NCBI GenBank assembly: GCA_963718665.1
Contig: OY970359.1
Location: 1,248,001 to 1,312,000 of the forward strand
DNA: 64,000 bases
Direction of reading: 5' to 3'
DNA from: an uncultured Phycisphaerales bacterium
Lineage (GTDB): Bacteria; Planctomycetota; Phycisphaerae; Sedimentisphaerales; Anaerobacaceae
Below the pieces are notes generated by a model. That model was not told where the DNA came from. It saw nothing but the letters and a program-made list of their open reading frames with translations, and did not search any database. Below, in pieces: positions 31,070 to 39,984 of the stretch; position 1 is the first letter of the stretch, and every line of letters begins with the position of its first letter. Position numbers and translations under genes: made by a program.

Positions 31070-32323
31070 TTATTTCGCGAGCTCCTTTGCTATATCCCCC
31101 GAGATCACCAATTCCGAGATTACCTTGGCTGTCTTTTGATGATTGAGAAGAGCTGCTATTACTCGTGCCTTCTTTTGTGAACTTGCGATAACGATAACGC
31201 CAGGTTCCCGCTGGGCGATCTTTTCGAGATCCTCCAGAGTAAGGCCGAAGATGCGATCGTTGACCTTGGAAATTGTAGAATTAACCTTACCAGTTTCTCC
31301 GTTTTTTGTAAGATAACGCCCCGCGATATCACCAACAGCTTCCTTGAGCAGCTTTTCCTTTTCTTCGTCCCCCAACAAAGGCGGCGCTGCTTCGCCTTTT
31401 TCAAGAGATCCAAAGCCGGTCTCTAAATCGCCTACTGATGTTATTACTGTGTCTAGTTTTTCGACCGCGCTCTCTTGACCATTGACGAAAATGTCGTGAT
31501 AAATAGGGATTGCCTCAACAAATGCTCTTGCGATTTGGAGTTCGTCCCCGGGGCTCAGTTTTTTGGCTATTGTGTCGAGTTTGGATTTGATGGTTTTATC
31601 ATTTGAGAATAGCCTGAGGAATGCAGGAGGAACATAGGCCGGCGTTTCCAGAAAGCGTCGTTGGCATTTGTCGGTACCTAAAATCCTGGCCAAGCGATTG
31701 GTAAGATATGAGGCACTACATTCGAGCCAATTGCTGTGGCGTTTATCGTCAAAAGGGAATGATAGAGAGCCGCAGATAGTCACGATAATTCGCGAGATAT
31801 CTGATGTATTGTTCTTCAGGACGTTTTGAACATCTGTGCTAAAATGCTCAAGGGCATCAACCATTTTCTGAAGGGTTCTACCATAACTGAGTCCAATCAC
31901 TTTCATATCAGGAATTCGCTCAATAAAAATCTTCGCTGCAGCATGAGCAACCAATCGCATATTTATCTCGTCTATCGCCTCGTTTGTTAAGGAGGAAGCA
32001 TTTCTCTCTGGAGGCCAAGCTGGCACAACGGTCAATCTGGGGAGATTTGCTGTTCCGCATAGTTGAGTTATCTTAGCATGAAGCCTCTTGTCTTCCATTT
32101 CCGGGAGAATCTCTGAGAGTCGCCCAAGTGTACCTTTAAAAACCCAATCGTTAGCTATCCATTTTCTATTTATGGCTTCATCAAGACGTTTCTTAAGAGT
32201 GACACTACTCTTTAAATTTAGCTCTACAGCGAGTTTCTCAAGAGATAGTTCGGGCATAGCAGCACGCCAGTAAGCAGCTTTGGCGATATCGCCATCCGCT
32301 ATTGCAGTAGTTTTACGCGGCAT
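31070..32323 (-). CDS. SorC/CggR/LsrR-like sugar-binding transcriptional regulator
   Basis: N-terminal HTH, IGLSYGRTL, AVGDIAGRY, GLTLEDL, KARVIAALL; GGAGG RBS. Confidence 0.75.
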   Translation of the reverse strand: MPRKTTAIADGDIAKAAYWRAAMPELSLEKLAVELNLKSSVTLKKRLDEAINRKWIANDWVFKGTLGRLSEILPEMEDKRLHAKITQLCGTANLPRLTVVPAWPPERNASSLTNEAIDEINMRLVAHAAAKIFIERIPDMKVIGLSYGRTLQKMVDALEHFSTDVQNVLKNNTSDISRIIVTICGSLSFPFDDKRHSNWLECSASYLTNRLARILGTDKCQRRFLETPAYVPPAFLRLFSNDKTIKSKLDTIAKKLSPGDELQIARAFVEAIPIYHDIFVNGQESAVEKLDTVITSVGDLETGFGSLEKGEAAPPLLGDEEKEKLLKEAVGDIAGRYLTKNGETGKVNSTISKVNDRIFGLTLEDLEKIAQREPGVIVIASSQKKARVIAALLNHQKTAKVISELVISGDIAKELAK

Positions 32324-32718
32324 TTTAGTAACCTCCTAAAATATATGAATGTCACACATTATATTATCGAAGGGCACTTTTGGGAATTTTTCGTAACCAT
32401 TGCCCACGGAATTTTAAAGCATGTCATTATTATAAGCTACAATGACAAACAAAGCAACTTTTTATTTCTTAATATTACCCAAAAATAGTAGCCCATCTTT
32501 GCTTCTATTAAATTCTTTATATATACATTTTTTATGATGACTTTTAGCATAGTTATATTACTACTATTTACTTTATTATAATTACTTATTAAATTAATGT
32601 AAAAAACTCGATTTTTTCCTTGCATAATTTAACACGCCGTGCTATCCTAAAAACGTCAGGTCACTTGGGTATAAAGTCGCCTGGACTGTTCGCGTGCGGT
32701 GAAAGGATGGTGATTGTT

Positions 32719-32961
32719 ATGGATATTGTTTATAGCGCACTTTTTTCCCCAGATCTGCCGCCGCCGCATGCAATTGCAGCCATAATCCACGCCGGCCTCA
32801 CCAAAATAGATGTTCGCCGTGAGTGGTTTCATCACAAAAAATCTCTTGAGCAATCTCGTTGCGGGATGTCTAAAGAAAGTTCCATAAGTAAATGCTCGGC
32901 GATGTTGCGAATAGGTGAAATAAATTTTAATTATCTCATGGAAAACTGGCCAGCAAATTGA
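32719..32961 (+). CDS. Small hypothetical protein (80 aa)
   Basis: GAAAGGATGGTGA RBS upstream of ATG 32719; no recognised motif. Confidence 0.35.
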   Translation: MDIVYSALFSPDLPPPHAIAAIIHAGLTKIDVRREWFHHKKSLEQSRCGMSKESSISKCSAMLRIGEINFNYLMENWPAN

Positions 32962-33134
32962 CCGTACGCCTGGCGGGGGTGATGTGGGGTTTTGTGATCT
33001 CGTATCATCCCTTCCGGTTATCACCGTTGTGGCATTTTAATAGTTGAAAAAATGGGGCAGATTGATGCCGGTAACAATTTAGCACATGTTTACAAGCAAC
33101 AACACAAAAGGATCGAAAGTGAGGCGATGAGATA

Positions 33135-33338
33135 ATGGAAACTAAAAGACATCTTACGGATTTCGAAAAAAAAATAATATGGGAGACAATATATCATGAA
33201 ATTAATCCTGATGATAGAGACCCTTGGGAAGTAATCTGCTCTGGGCCGTATTTTGGAAATATTGAGAAGTACCTTCTAACAATGGCGAAGTGGCATAACA
33301 TCAATTTACATAAGAACAAAGCATCTAAGTCGCTGTAG
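33135..33338 (+). CDS. Small hypothetical protein (67 aa)
   Basis: GAGG RBS; plausible protein composition. Confidence 0.45.
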   Translation: METKRHLTDFEKKIIWETIYHEINPDDRDPWEVICSGPYFGNIEKYLLTMAKWHNINLHKNKASKSL

Positions 33339-33457
33339 CTCGCGGTTAAAATGGCGAAGGATTTGTTTATAAAAGTTTGTAATTAAAAATTATTTTCTGA
33401 GTCCCCGGCAGAAAACCAAAGGAGCTAACCCCGAGGACAGGCGGGCGGATAAAGAAC

Positions 33458-33527
33458 ACCCCGCTGAGATAGCCACCGTGGGATAACAGAAGCTGCATCC
33501 CACGTGGTAAACATCTCACGGGGTAAA
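33458..33527. repeat. Second copy of the ACCCCGTGAGAT inverted-repeat element
   Basis: ACCCCGCTGAGAT ... ATCTCACGGGGTAAA with an internal hairpin. Confidence 0.65.
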
Positions 33528-33529
33528 GT

Positions 33530-35347
33530 TTAATTTCGCGAATTCACCGTAACATTTTTCAGCGTTACGGGATTATTGGTGTGAAGGATTTTTTCGAGGG
33601 TGGGCAGGAGGTAGTCATTGACGACAACGTCCCAGCTCATATTTTGGGCGATGCGACGGCCATTTTCAATCATCGCAGCGACTTCGGCGTTGGACTTGGG
33701 CAGGAGCATCAGGATTTCGTCGGCGACTTCGCGGCTTTCGGCAACTTCAACCCGGTCGCGGGCAGCTCTATTAATCGCAAGAAGGTCTTTGATTTGCGGG
33801 AATTGGCCGTCGATGGAGGTGTAATCAGCAATGATGACATTTCGAGTGCCGTCTTTGGGAGACGGGTTTGTTCCGACAATGGCATTTCTGACGAAGCCGG
33901 CGCAGCCGGAGACGTTTGTGAAGACGCAGAGGCCGCCGAAGGTGAGGGGTTCGACGAGAGCGATGCCGAATGGCTCGTAGATGCTTTGGCCGAATTCGAC
34001 GTCGGTTCCCCTGTGGATATCGATAGTGTCCATATCTTCGGGCATTTTGTTGCCGCAGAGTTTTCTGCTGAAGCCGAACTGGTTGACGAAGACGATTTTT
34101 ACGTTTTTGCTTTTGGCGTTAAATTCCTGAATAGCGGTGTAGAAGATTGCTTCGCCGCCGGAGAGGTCGGGCCAGCCCTCGCGGTGCGCGACGGGCCAGT
34201 TGTAGCGTGCTTCCATATCGAAGATGTCGCAGCTTCGTCTTTGGCAGACCTCGGTGGTGAGCATATACATCACGGCGGTTTTGCCTTCACGTGTGAATGC
34301 CTCATCGAGGTGTTCGAGGACGCGGAGGTCTCGCCAGAGTCCTTTACTGCGAACCAGGCGGGTAACGTGCGTGAAGACGAAGTCGGGCGTGTGGCCGAGG
34401 AGGTTGAAGCAATATTGCTGGAGTTTGCGTTTGGAGCTGAGTTTTTCCTCGACGGTGGTTTTGTAGGCGTGAATGCCGTTATAAACGACGCTGATATTTT
34501 CGGATTCAAATTCGGGCGCGAGGAACCTCAGCTCATCGGCAACAAGGTCGCCGACGGCGAAAATGGCATCGCAGTGTTTGGAGGCATCGACGAGCGGGTG
34601 TTTGAAGTACCTGTCCTGCGGGCCGAAAACGTCCTCGACGTAGAGTTTCTGCTGGTGCGCTTTTTTGATGACGTTATAAAACATTGTGTCGTGGCCGGGG
34701 TGGTCCTCGACGATTTTTCGCATTGTGGCAACTTCGTGGGCGTAGAAGACGGTTTTGTAATTGCAGGTCTGGTCGAGGATGGCGGCCATCGCGGTTGGCA
34801 TACCCATATACTCGTGGGCGACGACGACGGTTTTGTCTGTTGCGGCGCCGATGACTTTGAGTACAGCCAGGGCGGCGGGGGCGAGACGGACATACTGTTC
34901 GAAGTCCCAGAGGTGTTCGTAGCGGTCGCTTTTGATGTCAAACTCTTCGAACAATCGGGCTTTAAATTCGTTGACGGGGCCGGGGTCGGCATTGCGAACA
35001 TCGAGGAGGACGACTTCAGGCGAGGATTTGATTGCTGTCTGGGAATCGACGAAGGTTCGTCTGCCGTATATTATGCCGACGTTATAGAAAGATTCGATTC
35101 TGGAGAAGGCGGAGGCATAGCCGGTCTGAGTGAGGCCGTCGAACGAAGAGTAAAGTACTTCGCCCGTAGGTCCGAGCCGGTCGAGAACAGAGCCCTCGGT
35201 GGTGAAGAGCGGACCAACAATAATAGAGCGTTCAACGACGTCGAGGTATGACTGGCAGGTGAAGAAACCTTCCAGCACGGCGCCGATGCCGCCCATTTTA
35301 TTCGCTGCTTCGTGCGTAACGTGAACAAGAATCGGCCTGATACCCAT
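33530..35347 (-). CDS. Glycogen synthase-like glycosyltransferase (GT3 type)
   Basis: HEAANKMGGI (compare EVANKVGGI), AHE, KG, SIYEPFG, TNVSG. Confidence 0.78.
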   Translation of the reverse strand: MGIRPILVHVTHEAANKMGGIGAVLEGFFTCQSYLDVVERSIIVGPLFTTEGSVLDRLGPTGEVLYSSFDGLTQTGYASAFSRIESFYNVGIIYGRRTFVDSQTAIKSSPEVVLLDVRNADPGPVNEFKARLFEEFDIKSDRYEHLWDFEQYVRLAPAALAVLKVIGAATDKTVVVAHEYMGMPTAMAAILDQTCNYKTVFYAHEVATMRKIVEDHPGHDTMFYNVIKKAHQQKLYVEDVFGPQDRYFKHPLVDASKHCDAIFAVGDLVADELRFLAPEFESENISVVYNGIHAYKTTVEEKLSSKRKLQQYCFNLLGHTPDFVFTHVTRLVRSKGLWRDLRVLEHLDEAFTREGKTAVMYMLTTEVCQRRSCDIFDMEARYNWPVAHREGWPDLSGGEAIFYTAIQEFNAKSKNVKIVFVNQFGFSRKLCGNKMPEDMDTIDIHRGTDVEFGQSIYEPFGIALVEPLTFGGLCVFTNVSGCAGFVRNAIVGTNPSPKDGTRNVIIADYTSIDGQFPQIKDLLAINRAARDRVEVAESREVADEILMLLPKSNAEVAAMIENGRRIAQNMSWDVVVNDYLLPTLEKILHTNNPVTLKNVTVNSRN

Positions 35348-35537
35348 ATAAGTTCCCTTCCCAAAGATGTGATTCTACGAAGAGCAGGACCATTTCCTCT
35401 CTCTGGTTAAAGTATAGGTAACGGAAATCTCAGGGACAAATTGGCGGCGATTTTTTATTAAGCGCAGGGAGAAAACGCGACGGCCCGGCAATAGCGGGGT
35501 TTTTATTGGACTTTCACCTCAGATTGAGTGGGTTTTG

Positions 35538-36068
35538 TCAGCGCAGCCGACTTCGGAGGTTTTTTATAAGCCCGGAGAGAACCTGCTGCGGGATGTCGGC
35601 GATTTCGGGTTCGGGGATTTCGCTAAGGGCGATTCTTTCGAGGATACGGACGGCATTTTGGCCATTGGGGATAATTGTTAAAGCTGTTTCTCCAGCCAAG
35701 TCAAGCTCGCCGTCCGCCATCTGGCGGATGTAGCTGATAATGCAGGTTGTAAGCTCGGCGTCGCTGAGGTCGTTTGGTTTTGAAGGGGCTGAGGAGTGAT
35801 TTTTGGGAGCGGCGCCTTCTTCGGGGACATTGGTTTCTTTGAGGATTTCCCGCTGGAGTCGTGCTTCTTCGGCGAGCATTTTACGATGTTTAACCTCGTC
35901 GTCGGTGTCGAGAGGGGCGAGTCGAAGCTCGTCGTCGGGCTGAGCGGGTTTGCTCGCGGGGACGTAAACTTTGTTGTGGCAGGCGGGGCATTTGCCCCAT
36001 TTTCCGCCAGCGTTATCAGGGGCTTCTATTTTTTTGCCGCAATGTTCGCAGTGAAAAGATATTCCCAT
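35538..36068 (-). CDS. Hypothetical protein with an N-terminal zinc ribbon
   Basis: CEHCGK...GKCPAC, a motif common in planctomycete proteins. Confidence 0.7.
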   Translation of the reverse strand: MGISFHCEHCGKKIEAPDNAGGKWGKCPACHNKVYVPASKPAQPDDELRLAPLDTDDEVKHRKMLAEEARLQREILKETNVPEEGAAPKNHSSAPSKPNDLSDAELTTCIISYIRQMADGELDLAGETALTIIPNGQNAVRILERIALSEIPEPEIADIPQQVLSGLIKNLRSRLR

Positions 36069-36072
36069 TTTG

Positions 36073-36447
36073 TTACCTCTGGCCAGGATTGATTTTTTTG
36101 TTCTTATTATATTCTGCCGTCACGTCGGTAGTAATGCCGCCGCGGGGGGTGAATTTGGAAGTTACCTTCATCCACCTCGGCTTACAGACAACAATTAAAT
36201 CGTCGAGGATTTGGTTTGTCAACGCCTCATAAAAGATGCCCTTGTTGCGGTAGCTTTGCATATAAAACTTGAGGGATTTGAGCTCGATGCAGGTTTTATC
36301 GGGGCAATACTCGATTGTGATTTCGCCGAAGTCGGGCTGGGCGGTTTTCGGGCAGACGCTGGTGAATTCAGGGCAGCGGATGGTAATACAATAGTCACGC
36401 TTCGGGGAAGGGTTATCGAACAGTTCCAGTTGCGGTTTATCGTTCAT
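36073..36447 (-). CDS. queF: NADPH-dependent preQ0 reductase (type I)
   Basis: [24 protein letters not shown]. Confidence 0.95.
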   Translation of the reverse strand: MNDKPQLELFDNPSPKRDYCITIRCPEFTSVCPKTAQPDFGEITIEYCPDKTCIELKSLKFYMQSYRNKGIFYEALTNQILDDLIVVCKPRWMKVTSKFTPRGGITTDVTAEYNKNKKINPGQR

Positions 36448-36518
36448 TTCTTGGTTCTCGCAAAAGCTTTTTAATTAGTATAATATAATAACGTTCCCAA
36501 TTCAATAAGGAGCTTAAA

Positions 36519-37268
36519 ATGGCAGAAGATAAAGCGGTAGTGCTGTTAAGCGGGGGGCTGGATTCAGCTACGACGCTGGCGATAGCGAAACAGTCCGGGT
36601 TTTCATTATACGCCCTGACGTTTCGGTACGGTCAGCGTCACCAGTGCGAAGTTGAGGGGGCCAGGCGAGTCGCCAGGTCGATAGGAGTGGTTGAGCACAA
36701 GGTCATCCCGATAGATATGAAGAGCATAGGCGGGTCGGCGCTGACGGACCTGACGATTGAAGTGCCCAAAGACCGGAAGGGTCTCGGCCAGTCGGGTGAT
36801 GAGATACCGCTGACATACGTTCCGGCGCGGAATACGATATTTTTGAGCTATGCGCTGGCGTGGGCGGAAGTTCTAAAGGCATTCGATATTTTTCTTGGCG
36901 TCAACGCGACGGACTTCAGCGGGTATCCCGATTGCAGGCATGATTATATACAGGCGTTCGAAGTAATGGCGAACTTGGCGACAGCTGCGGGGATACAAAA
37001 AAAGGGGAAGTTTACGATTCACACACCGATTATCAATATGACCAAGGGGCAAACGATACTGGCGGGAATGAAACTGGGTGTGGATTACTCGCTGACGCAC
37101 AGTTGCTATGACCCGGACAGAGAAGGCAGAAGCTGCGGCAGGTGCGATTCGTGCCGGATTCGGCTGAAGGGCTTCCACGACGCGGGACTTGAAGACCCGA
37201 TTGATTATGTTCGCGGCGTCGTTATCGCAAAAAAAAACGATTTAGCGCGGGGCAGTGCGTGCGTTTGA
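36519..37268 (+). CDS. queC: 7-cyano-7-deazaguanine synthase
   Basis: SGGLDS, YGQRH, YVPARN, YPDCR, SCY...CGRCDSC. Confidence 0.96.
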   Translation: MAEDKAVVLLSGGLDSATTLAIAKQSGFSLYALTFRYGQRHQCEVEGARRVARSIGVVEHKVIPIDMKSIGGSALTDLTIEVPKDRKGLGQSGDEIPLTYVPARNTIFLSYALAWAEVLKAFDIFLGVNATDFSGYPDCRHDYIQAFEVMANLATAAGIQKKGKFTIHTPIINMTKGQTILAGMKLGVDYSLTHSCYDPDREGRSCGRCDSCRIRLKGFHDAGLEDPIDYVRGVVIAKKNDLARGSACV

Positions 37269-37923
37269 AATGGTAGTAAACGAAATTTTTCATTCGATTC
37301 AGGGAGAGGGGCTGCTGGCGGGAACGCCGAGCGTATTTATTCGTCTGGCGGGATGTCCTGTTCAGTGCAAATGGTGCGATACACAATACGCCTGGGACGC
37401 TAATGAGGGCGAAGAACTCCCCATACCGGAAATAATCAACAGAATCGTTCATTGGCCCTGCCGGTTCGTGGTGATAACGGGCGGCGAGCCGATGGTGAAT
37501 CCGCAGTTGCCCGACCTTACCAGGGCGTTAAAAGAACGAAACAAACATATCACGATTGAGACGGCTGGCATCAAATTTATTGCGGGTTTGGCCTGCGACC
37601 TGATGAGCGTAAGCCCGAAGCTGTCAAATTCAGGAGCAAAAAAGGGGCCTGACCCCTTTTCCCCCGTAAGACAATTAATCAGACGCTATCCGTATCAGCT
37701 TAAATTCGTTGTTGATTCACCCGATGACCTGCCCGAAATTCAGCAGGCCGTGGAGCAAATCGGCGGGGTATCAACCGAGAAAGTAATGCTTATGCCCCAG
37801 GCGAAGAGGAAGGATGAGCTAATCAGCAAATCGCCTATGGTCGCGGAATTGTGCAGAGAAACGGGCTATATGTTTTGCCAGCGGCTGCATATTCTTCTTT
37901 ACGACGGCGCAAAGGGGAAATGA
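37255..37923 (+). CDS. queE: 7-carboxy-7-deazaguanine synthase (radical SAM)
   Basis: [24 protein letters not shown]; alternative start at ATG 37270. Confidence 0.94.
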   Translation: MRAFEMVVNEIFHSIQGEGLLAGTPSVFIRLAGCPVQCKWCDTQYAWDANEGEELPIPEIINRIVHWPCRFVVITGGEPMVNPQLPDLTRALKERNKHITIETAGIKFIAGLACDLMSVSPKLSNSGAKKGPDPFSPVRQLIRRYPYQLKFVVDSPDDLPEIQQAVEQIGGVSTEKVMLMPQAKRKDELISKSPMVAELCRETGYMFCQRLHILLYDGAKGK

Positions 37924-37997
37924 AGAACAGGAAATTGCGGATTGCAGATTTTGGATTGCGGATTTGACGGTAAAGGACGGGCGGCTGGAAATGGCGA

Positions 37998-38026
37998 TTG
38001 ACTTTTAGCCATCAATCGTCAATAAT
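37998..38026 (+). promoter_or_regulatory. Putative tRNA promoter
   Basis: TTGACT-17 bp-AATAAT, ending 14 nt before the tRNA. Confidence 0.55.
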
Positions 38027-38040
38027 CAATTGGTTAGCTC

Positions 38041-38124
38041 GCCCGGGTGGCGGAACTGGCAGACGCGCCAGCTTGAGGGGCTGGTGGGCTTCGGCTCATG
38101 CAGGTTCGACTCCTGTCCCGGGCA
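38041..38124 (+). tRNA. tRNA-Leu (GAG); CCA not encoded
   Basis: Acceptor stem GCCCGGG/CCCGGGC, anticodon arm CCAGC-TTGAGGG-GCTGG, long variable arm, GGTTCGACTCC. Confidence 0.95.
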
Positions 38125-38220
38125 TTCATCAATTTTTGATTTTCTATTTTCGGCTTGATATTTCAAAAAACGACTCCCCTTCGACAACAATGCTCAGGGC
38201 AGGTTGACCCCTTTTTAGCA

Positions 38221-38682
38221 CTATTGGGGGATGAGGAGTTTGCTGCCGGGGATGAGGCGGTTGGGGTTAGGGAGGTTGTCGCTATTGGCAGCGACGATTT
38301 TACGCCATTGACGGGCGGAGCCATAGTATTTGGCGGAGATAGAAGAAAGAGTATCGCCTTTCTGGACAACATGGATTCGCTGGGGTTGTTCGGTGTTCGT
38401 ATCTCGTATCTCGTATTTCGTATTTCGTATTTCGGAATCAGGCGGCACTTGTGAAATTGCGGACGACGATGCGATTGGCGGGGTTTGGGGTGAGGGGTTC
38501 GAAGAAAGCGGCTCTCCTTCGCCCTGGCCGGGGAGCGACTGGTCATTTTTTTTCTCTAAATCGGAGGCGACCTGAAGGGCACGGGCCTTTGCGCTGAGGT
38601 TAGGCAGGGTGGCAAGCCAAAGGATGACGCCTGCAGCCAGTATTACACCGATTGCCAGACCTATTTTAAAGTCCTTTTGCAT
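38221..38682 (-). CDS. Membrane-anchored LysM domain protein
   Basis: N-terminal TM helix; HVVQKGDTLSSIS...N...LIPGSKLLIP. Confidence 0.88.
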   Translation of the reverse strand: MQKDFKIGLAIGVILAAGVILWLATLPNLSAKARALQVASDLEKKNDQSLPGQGEGEPLSSNPSPQTPPIASSSAISQVPPDSEIRNTKYEIRDTNTEQPQRIHVVQKGDTLSSISAKYYGSARQWRKIVAANSDNLPNPNRLIPGSKLLIPQ

Positions 38683-38751
38683 ATCACCGACACAGAAAAT
38701 AAACGGGAGGAAAAGGGCAGTCCCTTTTTCTCCCGGGAGTTAACCAAACAA

Positions 38752-39984
38752 TCAGTTCTGCTGTTGTTTAGGGACGGGTTTTTTGACTGCCATTTGTCCC
38801 CTTATTAGTAATATCGGCGCAGATATCGCAATTGATGAATATGTTCCTTCAATGACACCGAAGAGCATAGCGAAGTTGAAGCCCCTGAGTCCGCTGCCGC
38901 CAAAGACATACATAACAAAGACCACTAAAAACACGGTTGTGCTGGTCAGGATTGTCCTGGAAAGAGTGGCATTGATGCTGTCGTTGATAAGCTGTGCAGT
39001 CAGGGTTCCTTTCCTGCGGTTTTCACGGATACGGTCGTAAATGATAATGGTATCGTTAATTGAATAGCCAAGCAGGGTAAGGAATGCGCCGACCATAGTC
39101 ATATCAATCTTGAAATCGCTGATAAGCAGCTTTGGCCCCCAAGCGGTGGCGGCAATAAATGCGCAGCACATCAATGCGCCCATCGTAGCGGTAGTATCGT
39201 GCGCCAGGGTAACTACGCCGCCCAGACCGTATCGCACATCACCAAATCGAAGCCCCAGGTAAATCAGCATCGCAATCAGGGACAAAATCGCGGCAACCAG
39301 GGCAGCGGTCTTGGCCTCTTTTCCGATGGATGGGTTTATCTGTGTTACGTGCGGCAGGGACGAGGCGATTTGCATCGCATCGACAACCTTGGCTTTTTCG
39401 CCATCGACGAACTGTATCCAGAGGTCGGAGTCCTGCTGGCCGGCGGCGATTTCAGGTTCCGCGGCGATATAAACGAAGGATTTGACCGGCAGGTTGGGGT
39501 CCATTTTTTTAAGGTTCGAATCGAGGACCCGGTAGGCATACCAGTTGACACCCCTCATATCCGGTTTGAATTTGAGGTCTTCGAACCTCTGACTGATTTC
39601 GGCGGCCGGGGCGCTGGTTGCAAGCTCGCACCTTACGGCGACGCCGCCGACGAAATCAACGAGGTCGGGGGAGTATTCGAGCATCGATTCGGTTATTTTT
39701 TCCGTGGAGGTAACCTTGGGCTGGAGATTTTTACGTATTTCGAGCTGGTCTCCGAAGGCAGCGAGAATGGCGTTTGAAACTATTTCGTCAAACTGCGGGT
39801 CGGAGATATTGGCGTCGGGGAAGGCCGATTTGAGAACGTCGGCGACCGTGTTTTTATTTAACTGGCTTGTGCTGACGGCAAAGGCCTGACCCGACTTTTC
39901 GGCGCAACAACAAGATGCGGCATTTCGGCCTGCTGGGCGCTGGCGGCCTTTTTGACAGCCGCGGCAACCGATTCGACAGTCCAC
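38752..39984 (-). CDS. secF: SecF C-terminal part of a frameshifted SecDF fusion (true coding begins near 39900)
   Basis: HD, GYSINDTIIIYDRIRE, RTILTS, GTYSS; lacks SecF TM1, which is in the upstream frame. Confidence 0.88.
   Translation of the reverse strand: MDCRIGCRGCQKGRQRPAGRNAASCCCAEKSGQAFAVSTSQLNKNTVADVLKSAFPDANISDPQFDEIVSNAILAAFGDQLEIRKNLQPKVTSTEKITESMLEYSPDLVDFVGGVAVRCELATSAPAAEISQRFEDLKFKPDMRGVNWYAYRVLDSNLKKMDPNLPVKSFVYIAAEPEIAAGQQDSDLWIQFVDGEKAKVVDAMQIASSLPHVTQINPSIGKEAKTAALVAAILSLIAMLIYLGLRFGDVRYGLGGVVTLAHDTTATMGALMCCAFIAATAWGPKLLISDFKIDMTMVGAFLTLLGYSINDTIIIYDRIRENRRKGTLTAQLINDSINATLSRTILTSTTVFLVVFVMYVFGGSGLRGFNFAMLFGVIEGTYSSIAISAPILLIRGQMAVKKPVPKQQQN

Noticed and set aside
33581..35251. 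556-aa ORF on the + strand
   Set aside because: Antisense shadow of the GT3 gene caused by codon bias; no motifs.
36448..36518. preQ1 riboswitch between queF and queC
   Set aside because: Only 71 bp of AT-rich divergent promoter; no preQ1 aptamer pattern.
36073..37923. que genes as a 7-deazaguanine DNA-modification (dpd) system
   Set aside because: No dpdA/tgt paralog or other dpd genes nearby; the presence of queF points to ordinary tRNA queuosine synthesis.
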